NCBI RefSeq assembly: GCF_009834535.1
Contig: NC_045697.1
Location: 61,940,001-62,004,000, forward strand
Direction of reading: 5' to 3'
From: Camelus ferus
Taxonomy: Eukaryota
DNA: 64,000 nt
Below the pieces are notes generated by a model, which saw only the letters and a program-made list of their open reading frames with translations, searched no databases and was not told where the DNA came from. Of the stretch, positions 1 through 12,045 are shown piece after piece. The number at the start of each line of letters is the position of its first letter. The first letter of the stretch is position 1. The position numbers and the translations under genes were made by a program.

Positions 1-1039
1 GACCTAATGCACCAATGTCAAAAGCAAAAATCCTTGAAGGTTCATGAAAAATGATAGAAAACAAGATTGAGCTACTAGCTCAACTTTCAGATGATGGTTT
101 TAAAGCATATTCTCTCTGTCCTGGTAAGACTTTGGAGAATTTAAGGAGACAGTAATGGCCCAGAAGGTCTTGCTTATCTGTCCTCCCATAGGTCACCTTC
201 AAAGATGAACTATATTCTAGTCTGTCTCAGAAGCCACTTATGAATCTGACTTTCATTAATTTGGCCAACATATTTCAATTCATTTATAATTCCCAACATG
301 ATCACTCCTTCGCGAAATGAGCACTATAAATATAGAAATTTCTAGAACAACAGTAACAACCAACATAATCTATTCCACTGCTTTCACTTGATTTTTCAGA
401 ATTATTTTGGACATAATTATTTAACCCTTGTTTCACACTTAACTCTTTTGTGTTGTTTTGTTGTAGTTATTATTATTCACTTCTATTGTCTGTGCAACAT
501 TACTGTAAAAATGCACAAAAATGATTTTAACATCCACATGTTGGGACAAATAGACAAGAATAGCCAAGAAAAAAACTGAAAAAGAAGACTGGTAGGGGCT
601 AACACTACTACATACTATAGAAAGCCAGAAGGCACAGAAATTTGAAAATCTCCCTGTAAACTCACTTAACCCTCTCCTGTTCTCACAGAAAATGAACAAC
701 AAACATCTTGTTAAGAACTCTCGGGCAATTTATTTTGCTTAGGAAGATAATTTGCTTTACATTAAAAGTTACTGCTGTCTTTCGCAATTATAGAGGGAAA
801 GCAAGCAAGAGAGAAGACATAAAAGTCTCTTCTTTTAAGTTGGTTCTGCAAAGAAGCTATTTTATTATTTGATATGAAATGTATGATTCACACTAACAGC
901 ACAAATATCTGAATATATGTTGCAAGAAACCTTAAGTCAAATTATCATCCCTGTCAAATATTCTTCTCACTGAATCTCCTCCCGCAGCATCGGGGCATCT
1001 GGATATTTTAACACAAGAAGATTCACTCTTGGAATAGTC

Positions 1040-1280
1040 ACTGCCCTTCTTTCCAGGGCCACGTAATATTGCACATGGTAAATTTGTACTCCCTAAGCAA
1101 GTGAGGCCCTGTGACTCTCTTTGGACCTTGAGTTATAGTGGAAGTTACATATGTCAATTCTAAGCCGAATATTTAATTGCCAGTGTAATGAGAAATGCTT
1201 GAGTACCCTTTTCTCTCAGCACAGTAAACAGCTGAAATGGCAGAAGCTCTGTTATCCTGGATCACTGCATGACTCTCCCA
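1040..1280 (+). mobile_element. Ancient MaLR/ERVL-type LTR fragment (MLT1/LTR16-like)
   Basis: Degenerate motif ggccctgtgactctctttgg...ggaagttacatatgtcaattct resembles the MLT1/LTR16 core. Confidence 0.45.
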
Positions 1281-1329
1281 ATCAACAGTGATGCTTACCA
1301 TATTTTCTCTTGAACCCTAGTTTTTTATC

Positions 1330-1450
1330 TCCCCTACAAGACTGCAAGTTCTCTGAGGATAAGGACCAGATCTAATTCACTTTTACATTCTTCATAAGGT
1401 ATAGCTCCGATAGACAGCAGAAGCTCAACACTATTTGCTGAATAAATATA
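1330..1450 (+). mobile_element. L2 3' end fragment
   Basis: agactgcaagttctctgaggataagg...ctcaacactatttgctgaataaat is a typical L2 terminus. Confidence 0.6.
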
Positions 1451-4369
1451 CTTAAAACAGATTCCAATCCTAGGAAGTAATCAGATATATTTTCATATTC
1501 TACAATATACTTGTCTGCTTTTATTAAACTATTATCTCTGTGTAAGATAATTATTGAACTTGGCATTCAGCACAAACCAAGTATTTTCATCTAGGGCAGA
1601 AAATATGTGGGTTTTCCAATTATAACAAGGACAAAGCTAAAAAAGACAAATCTTTGTCATGTAGGTAAGGGGATTTCACATGTTAGAGAAGACACACTGA
1701 CCGCCTATGATGCAAATTATATTCCCATATTAGTGAAAAGCCTAAAATCTATCCAGCTTCTTGTGATTATGGTAATGTGTATTTATTCTAAAACAGAGTA
1801 AGCTGGTTGGCCAACATGTCCTGGGGCACACACAGCAGCTCACTGGGTCTGGGTCTCCACCCGCAGCCAAGACGGAGGGGACCCTGGGCTGGAGGGGCAG
1901 ATCCCACAGAAATGAGCACAGTGAGTGAGAGGAGGAGATGCAGGAGAGCCCCGCAGGGTCTCATACTTTGGTTCCGGTTTCATATTGGTGGGAGCAGCTG
2001 CTAGGTCGGATTTTGTTTGTTTGTTTTTCAGTTCAGTTAAAGCTCCTATAGATGATTTCTGCATTTGACACCAAAAAGTACCCATAAAAATGACATGTTT
2101 TATCCTTGAGCACCCTTGGTACCAGAAAGTAGAAACTTATCTTTCCTCGGCAGTAAAAAGAGCAAGACAGAGGAGATGCTGAATTACCAAGGAGCACATG
2201 TACAGCTGGTCTTTCAGCAGGACTGTCTTCCCTGAGATCCACGCCCTGAGCCTCACCTAATCCTCACTGAGCAGCAACAGCCTAGTACACAAGTATTTTT
2301 GAAATTTCTATCCCCATGTGATTAATGCACTGTTACTTTCTAAGGTAACAATAATGTAATGTCTAGAATGGTGTATTGTTGGGGGGTTCCAGTGCATTAT
2401 AAGTTAGTGACAGGCAAACTATGTCTAATGTATGATCCAAAATATTCAGAATTATCTCAGAAGCATACATATTTCTTTATCCAAGGCAACTAAAGTATCA
2501 GATATATTTCTAGAGGCTGAGTTCCCATAACTGAAGGGAAGAAACTAATTAGAATTTTTCTGCTTAACTGAAATGTGTTAAATAATCAATTCAAAATTTG
2601 AGATCAGATATCCACTTTAGTGCTTTAATTATTTAAAAAATAAACTGAATGACAGACAAAAGAGAAATCTCTCTCCAGTTCAACTAGAAGTCTCAGGCGG
2701 CTTTCTACACACCAAGTGAAATAAGTAAATAGTAAGAAATAAGAAATAAGCAAACCCTGTAACCTGCCCAGCAAGGAGGCACATGTCCTGGAGAGACACA
2801 CGTACATCAAGGCAGGCAGTGAACAATACAGTTGAAAGAGTGAGCTCTGAAATCACGTCCCTGGGTTGCAATACGGGCACCAAGCAAGTTCCAATCAATG
2901 CTCCTTGACTAAATGAATTAACTGAATTGTTGGAATGGAAGGAAGTGTGTCTGTAACAGTTCCTGGCTATACCTAGATATTCAGTAGATACATATAATTT
3001 GACATAAAATTTGATTCATTGTTTTATCTGATAATCTTTAGTCTGCCTCCTTTAAACAATAGATCCTTTTCCCTGACATCTTATACAAGACCAAGGAGTT
3101 CAGTTGCCTCTTATTTTGCTTCTCACTTATCTTTTATACTTTTGATCCTTGAGAGATGAGGAAAGTGAGAAGGATGACCTTGAATTTCAGCACACGCTGC
3201 AGAATGGAATGGGGGACAGAAGGAAAAGAAATGAGTTTTACTTTAAAGAGATGAAATCATTCTGGAATCTGGAGAGGACACTGTAATGTGGACCCATCAT
3301 CAAATCCGGGAAATGATGAGAGTCTGTGGGCTGCCAGGTCAGAGTGAGACTGAGGAGGTTTGAGGGAGTAAACTTACTCATTAACAACCTAAGGAGAATT
3401 ACTTGCAGGCAGATTTCCATTTGTCTGTAAACTACATCTTAGAAACACAGGCCCACGTTCTAGCTCCACGTCCTCCTCTTTCCATTAATGCTGTTATTTT
3501 GTTGACTAATTTTTAGTTGCTTCTATTGATGGTCACCAAAATAGGTACAGAAACTGCTAGAATGTTGTCTTCTGAGTTTACAAAGAAAGCACTCAAACAT
3601 TTTACTTTTTTTTTTATTATTATTTTTTATCCAAGAATTTACTCTGGTTTCTGGAGATAATCAACAAATATGTTTTATCTCATCAGGACAAGGATCATAT
3701 TTGCCAACTTGAAATGTCAAAAAAAAAATCTATAACGTTCCAGGAAGAGGGAAGATTCTTCTTTCTTCTTGAGAACTCTTCAGCACCAGGATCCAGACCA
3801 GACACACACCCAGCAGCCAGGTCAACACCCTTCCAGTGAAAAGGGAAGCAGGGATGACCTTCCTGAACTGAACAGAGACCTTGTGTCTGTCATCCCCCGA
3901 GTAATTTCATGATTGTCCATTTCAAACAGGACAGCAGCCCTGCATGGGAGCTCATATTATACTTCTCTTTCACATCTGAGGAACCAAAGGTGTGACAAGG
4001 TGATTGATTTACTGAAGGTCTCATTTTCCACAAGTAACAAGGACTAATAACTGTTATTATTTAAAAAAAATAAATAAAAGCAATAACATTGACTACTGTT
4101 AATAGTCACAGGAATGCCTCCAATCAGAGTTTTGCTGGAAGACGACCATGTGCCATCACTTCACATGCACCAACCTTCCTCCTCGAGGCTCCATTGGGGG
4201 GGGGGGGTGGAGAGTTAGTGCAAAACACTAAAGAGACTTCATTTTAAAGCAGACTTAGAATTGCCCATTGAAGCCAGATGTAGATAAGTATATAGATGGT
4301 GCCCAGTGAAAATAAATAAGAAAATGCTGGGTATTAAAAGCTTTCAATTATGCTTATTTAAAAGATCCC

Positions 4370-5525
4370 AGATTAAGACAATGAAAAAATAAGTCACAGA
4401 CTTGCAGAAAATATTTGCGAAACACATGGCTGATAAAGGACTTGTATCCAAGTATTAAAAAAAAAATTAAAAAGTCAACCATAAGAAAACAACAAAATTA
4501 AAAAGCAGGCATTGATATGAATAGATACCTTGCTAAGGAAGATATACAGGTGGAAAAAAGCATGTGAAAAGATGCTTAGCATCAGCTGTTATTAAGTAAT
4601 CACAGATTAAAACAAGGAGATACCACTGTACACCTATTAGAACAGCTAAAATCCAAAACACTGACAACATCAAATGCTGGTGAGGATATGGAGCAACAGG
4701 AACTCCCATCACTGCTGATGGGAATGCAAAGTGGTCCAGTCACTCCACAAGACAGTTTGGTGGCTTCTCACAAAGTTAAACACAGTCTTACATACAATCT
4801 AGCCATCATTATCATAATCATTTACCCAAATGAACTGAAAACTTATTTTCCCAGTAAACCTACACACCAGTGTTTTTAGCAGCTTTATCCACGATTTATT
4901 CATGATTCAGAGAGAAATTGGAAGCAACCAAGGTGTCTTTTAACAGGTGAAAGGATAAATAAACTGTGGTCCATCCTACAATGGAATATTACTCAGAAAT
5001 AAACAGAAGTGAGGTATCAAGCCAAACAAACAAAAAAAGACATAGAAAAACTCTAAATGCATATAGGTAAGTAAAATAATTCATTCTGAAAAGGCTACAT
5101 ACTGGATGAGTACAACTATATGACTTTCTAGGGAAAGCAAACTTACAAAGACAATGGAAAGATCAGTGTTTGCTGGTGCCAGGAATTATGGGGGAGGGGT
5201 GTGAACAGATGTGAAAAAGGGTATTTAAGCCAGTGAAACTGCTCTGTGATATTGTATAGCGGACACATGCTATCACTCATTTCTCAAAGCTCATAGAACC
5301 CCACAAAGCTGAGAGAGAATACTAATGCAAACTAAAGACTTCAGTTAATAACGTATCAACATTGCTCCATCAATTATAACAAATGTACCACATTAGTGCA
5401 AGTTGTTAATAATGTAGAAACTGGGGTGAGTGGTCAAGAAAGGAGCAGGTTACGTGGGAATTCTCTGTACTTCCTGCTCAGTGACTTTCTAAACCTGAAA
5501 CTGCTCTAAAAATACCTTATTACTT
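4370..5525 (+). mobile_element. Old L1 (L1MC-like) ORF2 end plus 3'UTR
   Basis: gaaaatatttgc..ctgataaaggacttgtatcc, caaatgctggtgaggatatggagcaac, aatggaatattactcag, ending aaacctgaaactgctctaaaaa; degenerate ORF2 peptide at 4688-4879. Confidence 0.85.
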
Positions 5526-5777
5526 TTTTTAATTGACAGGAACAAAGTCAACAATACAGATGATCTTTTAAATCCAGGTGAAGTAATCTGGGAGTCTGCC
5601 TCTTACAGATCAGAGTCCCATTAGGATATTAAACGTTGGGAAGACCTGAAGGAAGAAGCATGTTTATTGTTAAGTCCCACGTTTCCTGACTTTTTTGATG
5701 ACTGAACCCCAATTTCTACACATAATATCTAGAAACAAGCTGTGTCACACGTTTTAGGAAAGGTTGGACTAGACTTT

Positions 5778-6246
5778 GTAGGGGCAGGGGGGGCAAGGAA
5801 TAGCAACTTTATTCGGAAAGCCAGCCGACTGAGAAGATGGGGGATAATGGTCCAGAGAACCAACTTCCCCAAGCCAGAATTCAGGCTCCTTTTATACTAA
5901 AAAGGGACGGAGGGGGTTGGTTGTGCAAACTTCTTGGTGTCAGAGTCCTTTGCCCTTGCAGCTGTCCATGTGGGTCAGGTCTTGGTGTCCCTGTAAACCT
6001 CCCACAAAACAAACATTATTTTCTATTCTGCAATTTGTCATCATTATATGAGTGCAAAAGTGTTATACCCTTAAAGGTCAGAGCCTTGATGATGGGCTCT
6101 CCTGTGTATTTCAGGCTGAAGGCAACATTCTTTTATAAAAGGTGCAGAGCTAGCAAGACTAAGCCCAGGAAACAGGAAACAGGGAACAGGGTGAGAATCA
6201 AAGGAACTGGTCTCATATGGAGACAGATTTGTTCTTTTCTGTTACA
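5778..6246 (-). mobile_element. ERV1-type solo LTR, probably truncated at its U5 end
   Basis: Minus strand starts TGTAACA (6246), has TATAAAAG (~5889-5896) and AATAAA (~5808-5813); no TSD found. Confidence 0.75.
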
Positions 6247-6257
6247 GAGGGACACGG

Positions 6258-6363
6258 TGAGAGCCATCTGGCAATTGGCCAGAGGCGTGGCCTGCTGAGA
6301 GCCGCCTGGCAATTGGCCAGAGGCGCGGCTTGCTGAGGGCTGCCTGGCAATTGGCCAGTGGGG
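6258..6363. repeat. Three tandem 38-bp units with invariant core CTGGCAATTGGCCAG
   Basis: Units start at 6258, 6296 and 6334 (third is partial); read directly from the sequence. Confidence 0.95.
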
Positions 6364-6447
6364 CCGCAGGGGTCACAGGGAGGTATTGTGATGCACCGCT
6401 AGTGGTTATAAAAGCCAGCAACACCGCGGAGGTCAGCCATAGCAGAG
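6258..6447 (+). promoter_or_regulatory. Candidate Pol II promoter: 3x NFI/CCAAT sites, TATA box, Inr-like site
   Basis: TGGC-N5-GCCA three times, with ATTGG at 6274, 6312 and 6350; TATAAAAG at 6407-6414; TCAGCC about 28 nt downstream; ATG in gagATGg context at 6448. Confidence 0.6.
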
Positions 6448-7770
6448 ATGGCCTTTCTGGTGCTCTTGCTCATTGTTGCCACCTTCTCCACTGCCTTCTC
6501 CACGCCCACCTCTGACGCACGCCGTGCCCACCCTTCTTGCTCTGGGCCCCTCAACCACACTACACACTCCACTTTCATGCTGGCATCCACCTTCATACCT
6601 CTCTGCAGGCTGGAGTGTCCACGCACCCACACCTGGCGCCTCCTGCTCCCGTGGGGGTTAGCCCAGTTCCTCTCCCTCTGGTTCCAGCCCCATGGCGGGA
6701 TATTGGGCTCCGAGAACAGGAGCACAGCAGACCCCTGCCCATCCCGGGAGCACCCCTCCCAGGCATCTGGCATCCCAAACCAGCTTCTCACTGGACAGCC
6801 AAGCACTCAGACACCAAGGTAAACAGAGGGCAGCCGCTGACTCCCATGCCACACTCTCCAGAACCCTCTCCAAGTGCACAGTGGGTATCCAGACAGAAAC
6901 TTTCCTTGGTTGTTCCCTGAGTCCTCTTCTGCCTGTGGCCATCGGCACCTTTGCCAGACCTAGGTCAGCTGGCAGGAAGAGGCTGCTACCTGGTGGAAGA
7001 GGAATACCTCATTCTGGTCCTCATACGTGCCATCCCCACGCTGCCCTCCAGGCATCTGAGCTCAGAGGCTGCAGTGGGTGAGGAGAGGGGCCCCAGAAAC
7101 CTCCTATCACCTCCTGGCAACCTTGGCCTGGCTGCCTCCCTGACTCCCAGCCCCAACAGCCATGAAGGGAAGAACCGGTACAACCAGCTCGGCCTGCCAC
7201 AGCAGTTCAATTACTCCACCAGACAGATTGGAGGCTGGGAAATGGGGCAGCAAGAGCGACCTGGACCAAAAGACGTGGGGAGTCCTGACCAAGACGTGAG
7301 AGATCCGAGGCCACCAGCCCAGGCCAGACTCTGTCTGCTGTTGCTGTGGCCAGGGCATCGGCAGCAGCTGTCCAAGGAGGCGACAGTGGCCTTTGTCAAA
7401 GGCAGGCGCTCAAACGTCAGCACTTTGGTGCTCTGAACCCTTCAGAGCATGATCCTCCTGATGGGTCACTGGGCCAAGGTGCTGGTGGGCCCCTGGCCTG
7501 GGACCACATTCAACCTGACGTCCTGGTTGCATACTGCCTGGGGAGTCCTTCTTCTCTGGAGAGCTCTCTTGTTGAGGGGAAAGGGATGCTGCAAACAAGA
7601 GAAGCTGAAAGAGCTGTCCATGGAGGTGAACCGCACGGGGTACATCTTTGGCCCAGTTTGACAAAAAGCTGAAGGTCATAAAGACAGCTGTGAACACAAG
7701 CAAGAAAAATCTCCACAAGACAATGTCTGAACTAAAGGAAAAGTACAGCATGTCTGAAGAAGAAAACTGA
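6448..7770 (+). pseudogene. Unidentified, probably decayed gene or pseudogene with a hydrophobic N-terminus and a coiled-coil-like C-terminus
   Basis: ORF 6448-6822 starts MAFLVLLLIVATFSTAF. ORFs 6951-7436 and 7449-7661 share a frame split by one TGA. One frameshift near 7640-7650 leads into AQFDKKLKVIKTAVNTSKKNLHKTMSELKEKYSMSEEEN* (7651-7770). It lies between the promoter motifs and AATAAA. Confidence 0.45.
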
Positions 7771-8192
7771 ACGTGAAGAAATCCACTTGTTCACTTCTCA
7801 GAGGAGGAACACCCTTTAAAGAACTTGCCAGCAGAACAGGTGCCCCGGGACGTGGTGTGGGGAGGGGCGTAGGCACATGCCAGGGGAGCCCCCAGCCCTG
7901 AGCACAGAAGAGTCCTTGGCTGAGCTCCACAGGCTGCAGGAGAGGTACTATCACTCGGAGGGGGAGGACTTGCAGAAGCAGGGGGAGTGGTGGTGTCAGC
8001 AGGAGGCTGAGGTCCCTGAGCTAGAGAGTGTCTTTGTTAGCATGCAGGGACTCTTGTGTGTTTCCTCAGAGTGAAGCTTCTTTAGAAACTTTTGTGCTGG
8101 AACTCTTTCCTAGGCAGCAGGGGGTGCACTCGGGTGCAGGGGAGGGGAGGGGGGGGGCATGGAAGGGGAGCTTCACATGTATATGAATTCTC

Positions 8193-8198
8193 AATAAA
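8193..8198 (+). terminator. Candidate polyadenylation signal of the 6.4-8.2 kb unit
   Basis: AATAAA in a short AT-rich patch within otherwise GC-rich DNA. Confidence 0.45.
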
Positions 8199-9559
8199 TA
8201 CTGTGTTAGAATGCAAAACAAGTGTCCACGAGTGACGGTGGCCCCAGAGACTGCAGCAAACGGAGTCCTCACACCCTTCAGCTGGCTGTTGTCCCCCGGG
8301 CAGGTGCCTCCGCGGCTCTGAACTACGGAGAGCCGGCACTGTAGCACCCTGCCCAACCTGCCAGCACCAAAAGTCAGTGCCCAAAGCCAGTGCCGAGCGG
8401 GGCGCCTTGGGATGGAAAGAAACCAGGCAGACGGTCTGCTCCTGGTGTTTCTCCAAAGACCATTTCCAGCCTGAGAAAGCCAGTCTGTGGCAAAACTTGG
8501 GTTTGCATCTGACTTTCTGGCTCTGACCTCCAGCCACGGCGGCAGTGCCCCTCCACCCCAGGTGCCTGCCTGATGTAGGCCTTTGATGAGCAATCGCGGG
8601 GGAGGGAACAGAGGCGCAAGCTGTGCTCTCTGCTGCTGGGTAGGGGCATGGTGAGAGGGGGCACAGACAGCAGGCCACGAGCTCAGAGCCACAGAAGCCC
8701 TGCGGGACTGGGGGCGTATTTGTTGTGGCTGCTCTAGGTTGGAGGAGAGGGGCTGGGTGGAAAGAGAAAGGAAGAGCAGGATTCAGGTGGGAACTGGGAG
8801 ACCGGAGGGTGCTGGCAGATGTGAAGGGGAGTGGCCGCTTCCAAGAGGCAGCGCTGAGAATTGGTGATCAGTAGGATGCTGGGGGGCTGCAGGGAAGCAG
8901 CTCAGGTGGGGTGGGATCCATCTCCCAGGAGCCACCCCAGCAAAATCCCCTCCCACGTCCTCCACCAGCTGCGAGACCAGCGAGTGACCAAATCAGTGCC
9001 CTCTGATCCAGAGAAGGCAACATGGCCCACCTGGCAGGGTGCTCTAAGCAGCAGGGCCTGAGGGGTACTCACCAGGCATCACCCCAAAGGAAGGCCAGGG
9101 TTGGGCTGGTCAGAAAGCTGCGTGCTGGGGCTGAGGCTCCCCTCCAGCTATCACATGACATGCATGGCTGCACTCACAAGCTGCAGTGACTTCTCCTGCG
9201 TCCTTCAGGGTGGGTTCTGTGAAGCCGCCAGGGGCCTGGGGTGACATTCCCTGATGCTCTATGGTTTCTCGATGACAAACAGCCCAGTGTGGAAGGACAG
9301 CAGGCTGGAGACCTCATGCTCCAGATTCTCAAGGAACTGCCAAAGTGCCACCCAAACCATCAGCAGTGCATCTGCCTCTGTTCTGTTCCCACAGCGATGG
9401 CCTGACTGCACCTGGACTGGGCTAGACATTTTAAGGTCCCCTTTGAGTTGCCTTTCAATGAATGCCTCTCTCGAGCATTTAAAAAGACTCGCAGAAAGGA
9501 AATAATTGCACTGGCCGGCCCTCTACTTTTCTCACTCTGAACTCAGACACGGAACCCCA

Positions 9560-10250
9560 CTTGTGGCTGTCTCATCACATCTCCTATGACAGCACCGACT
9601 GAAATCAACGCTGGCCCTCACACTGCTGAATGAGAGAGTTGCCCCTCTTGTCCACCAATGTCTCCTGAAATGCTCAATTCCCTTGTCTCTTCTGATTTCC
9701 CTCCGACTTCGTGGGCAGCTCTTTTTCCATCTGCTTTATCAATCTCCCTGTATTCAGCCTTCGACTGTTGGAAATACTCCAAGCTTTGTGCTGGGGGCCA
9801 CCTCATCATCTCATCCTAAACTTTCCCATGAGTAATCTTGCACACATTCGAACATCCTTATAAGAGCTCTGCCCATGGGATCCAAATGCATACCTCCAGG
9901 CACCTCAAACCCAAGCTGTGCAAAGAAATGCTAACGACCTTCACCTCCAGACTTGTGCTCCTCCAAGACGACCTTCCTCTCTCAGCGAACATTCCCACCA
10001 CTTCTCCAGTTGCATAAGTACAATTCAGCACACTGGGAGTCACACTCCACACCTCCCTGTCTGGCCCATTTGATGCTCTGTGCTGCTTTCTCACTGCCTA
10101 CCCCCGCCAGACACCTGCTTCTATGAGGCCGCTCCCCTGTCACCCCAACGCCAGTGAACACCATTCTTCTCGGCTAATTACATAGTAGCCTCCTAATATG
10201 TCTTTAAGAATTCCAGGTCCAACCTTCTCCATACCTCCCAAAGCAGCCTC
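9560..10250 (+). mobile_element. L2 fragment
   Basis: Pyrimidine-rich degenerate L2 motifs (tccaaatgcatacctccag, tccagttgc, tagcctcctaat). Confidence 0.55.
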
Positions 10251-10267
10251 TTAAAAATATATTCTTG

Positions 10268-10770
10268 ATAGATCAATGGAACAGGATAGAAAGTCCAGAA
10301 GTAAACTCATGCGTGTATAGTCAATTAATCTATGACAAAGGAGACAAGAACACACAAATGGAGAAAAGATAGTCTCTTCAGTAAGTGGTGCTGGGAAAAC
10401 TGGACAGCTACCTGTAAAAGACTGAAATTAGAGCATTCTAATTTCAGCATTAGAATCTACTTAGATAATGCATCTAATTAGATCATTCTCTAACACCATA
10501 TAAAAAAATAAACTCAAAATGGATTAAAGACCTAAATGTAAGACCAGATACTATAAAACTCCTAGAGGAAAACATAGGCAGAACACTCGTGGACATAGAT
10601 TACAGCAATATATATTTTGAACCAGCTCCTGAAGTACTGGAAATAAAAACAAAAATAAACAAATGGGATCTAATTAAACTTAAAAGCTTTTGCACAGCTA
10701 AGCTTTGTATCAACAAAACAAAAAGACAACCTCCAGAATGGGAGAAAATATATGCAAATGAAAAACATAC
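10268..10770 (+). mobile_element. Relatively young L1 ORF2 fragment
   Basis: Peptide [19 protein letters not shown]...[13 protein letters not shown] is L1 ORF2 C-terminal region. Confidence 0.92.
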
Positions 10771-11450
10771 AGAATGAAGAGAACATAAACAAACTTTACA
10801 ACTGATACCAAAATTCACTCAAAACTGCCCATAGACAAATTTAAATGACAAAACTGTAAAAAATTTAAAAGGAAATGGGAGAAAATTTATAAGACCTTGG
10901 GTCTGGTGATGCATTTTAACACAACACCAACTGCCTATCTACAAATTAATACAAAAATTAATAATGTGGACTTTATAAAACTATATACTTCTACTCTGTG
11001 AAAGAGCTTATTCAGAAAGACAAAAGAGGAATCACAAACTAGGAGAAACTATTTGCAAAATGCATATCTAATAAAGGATTTGTACTCAAATTACACCAAC
11101 AAAATCTAGAACAAACAACCCCATTAAAAATTGGTAAAGACAGAAACAAACACCTGGCTAAAGAAGGTATACAGATAGCAAATAATCATACAAAAATATA
11201 TTGAAGATCCTAGTGGAATACAGGTACAGCTAACTTTGGAAAACACTTTGGCAGTTTCTGCCAAAGCTAAACAGTCTCAACTTCAAATCCAATAAAATCA
11301 GCTCTTGTATTTAGACAACTGCTTTAAAAAACTGTTCAAAGAAAAACTAGCATCACGGACCACACAGGAGCTCTATTCATAACAGCTAAGAAACTCAAGT
11401 GATCGGTATGTCCTTCTGCAGATGAACTCAAACAAAGCAGGGCACATTCA

Positions 11451-11956
11451 TGTCACAGGGAGCAGAATATGCCACCTCCCAAATAGGTCTGTACCCTAAT
11501 GACTACTACAGTCTGATTAACTTTTTTCAAAAGACTCTGAAAACTGAGTAGAGGTTGCCCTTTTGTGAAGGACATTTTCATTTATTAAGGAAATTTCCAT
11601 TTTTAAGGGTGTGTCCCTCTTTCTGTACCAGACATAGAAGGATAATTAAGCCTCAAGTAATTCTTATTAGTGGAAAAGTCATGTCTTAAATCTGAGTATC
11701 AACCATATCATGCTTTACACAATATCCTGACATAACTGGCCTCCTCTCTTCCCCAAGTCTTTGTTTTTAGCTGAAGATGGTATTTAACTGTGATGACTTA
11801 GACCATTAATGGGAGTGACTCAGTGTTCCTGGGTATCTCCCAAGTGTATAGGAGGCATACATGCTATTAAACTTCTTTGGTTAATCTTTTATTGCAGAGG
11901 GGGTGTCAACCAAGATCCTAGAAGGGTAGAGGAAAAACTATTTTTCTGTCCATGCA
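11451..11956 (+). mobile_element. MER34-like ERV1 solo LTR (copy 1)
   Basis: gagcagaatatgccacc..., gttgcccttttgtg, ttccatttttaagggtgtgtccctct, ATTAAA near the 3' end; paralogous to 19118-19650. Confidence 0.75.
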
Positions 11957-12045
11957 TATGCAATGGAATACTGTTTACCAATGGGAAGAAATGAACCACC
12001 AACCTATGTAAAGACATGGATGAATCTTATATGTATACTGCTAAT

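Noticed and set aside
5837..6298. 153-aa ORF
   Set aside because: Lies antisense within an LTR; no recognisable protein.
6258..6363. Regularly spaced palindromic repeats superficially like a CRISPR array
   Set aside because: The spacers are homologous to each other (a tandem repeat), the context is mammalian and there are no cas genes.
7320..7770. Faint resemblance of the reconstructed peptide to OIP5/Mis18-beta (G..GTTFNL, LRG..C, terminal helix)
   Set aside because: Spacing does not match and the second CxxC is absent; too weak to name without a profile search.
8066..8692. Overlapping ~200-aa minus-strand ORFs
   Set aside because: Non-ATG starts in GC-rich DNA where stops are rare; no recognisable domain. 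Kept only as context for the intron finding.
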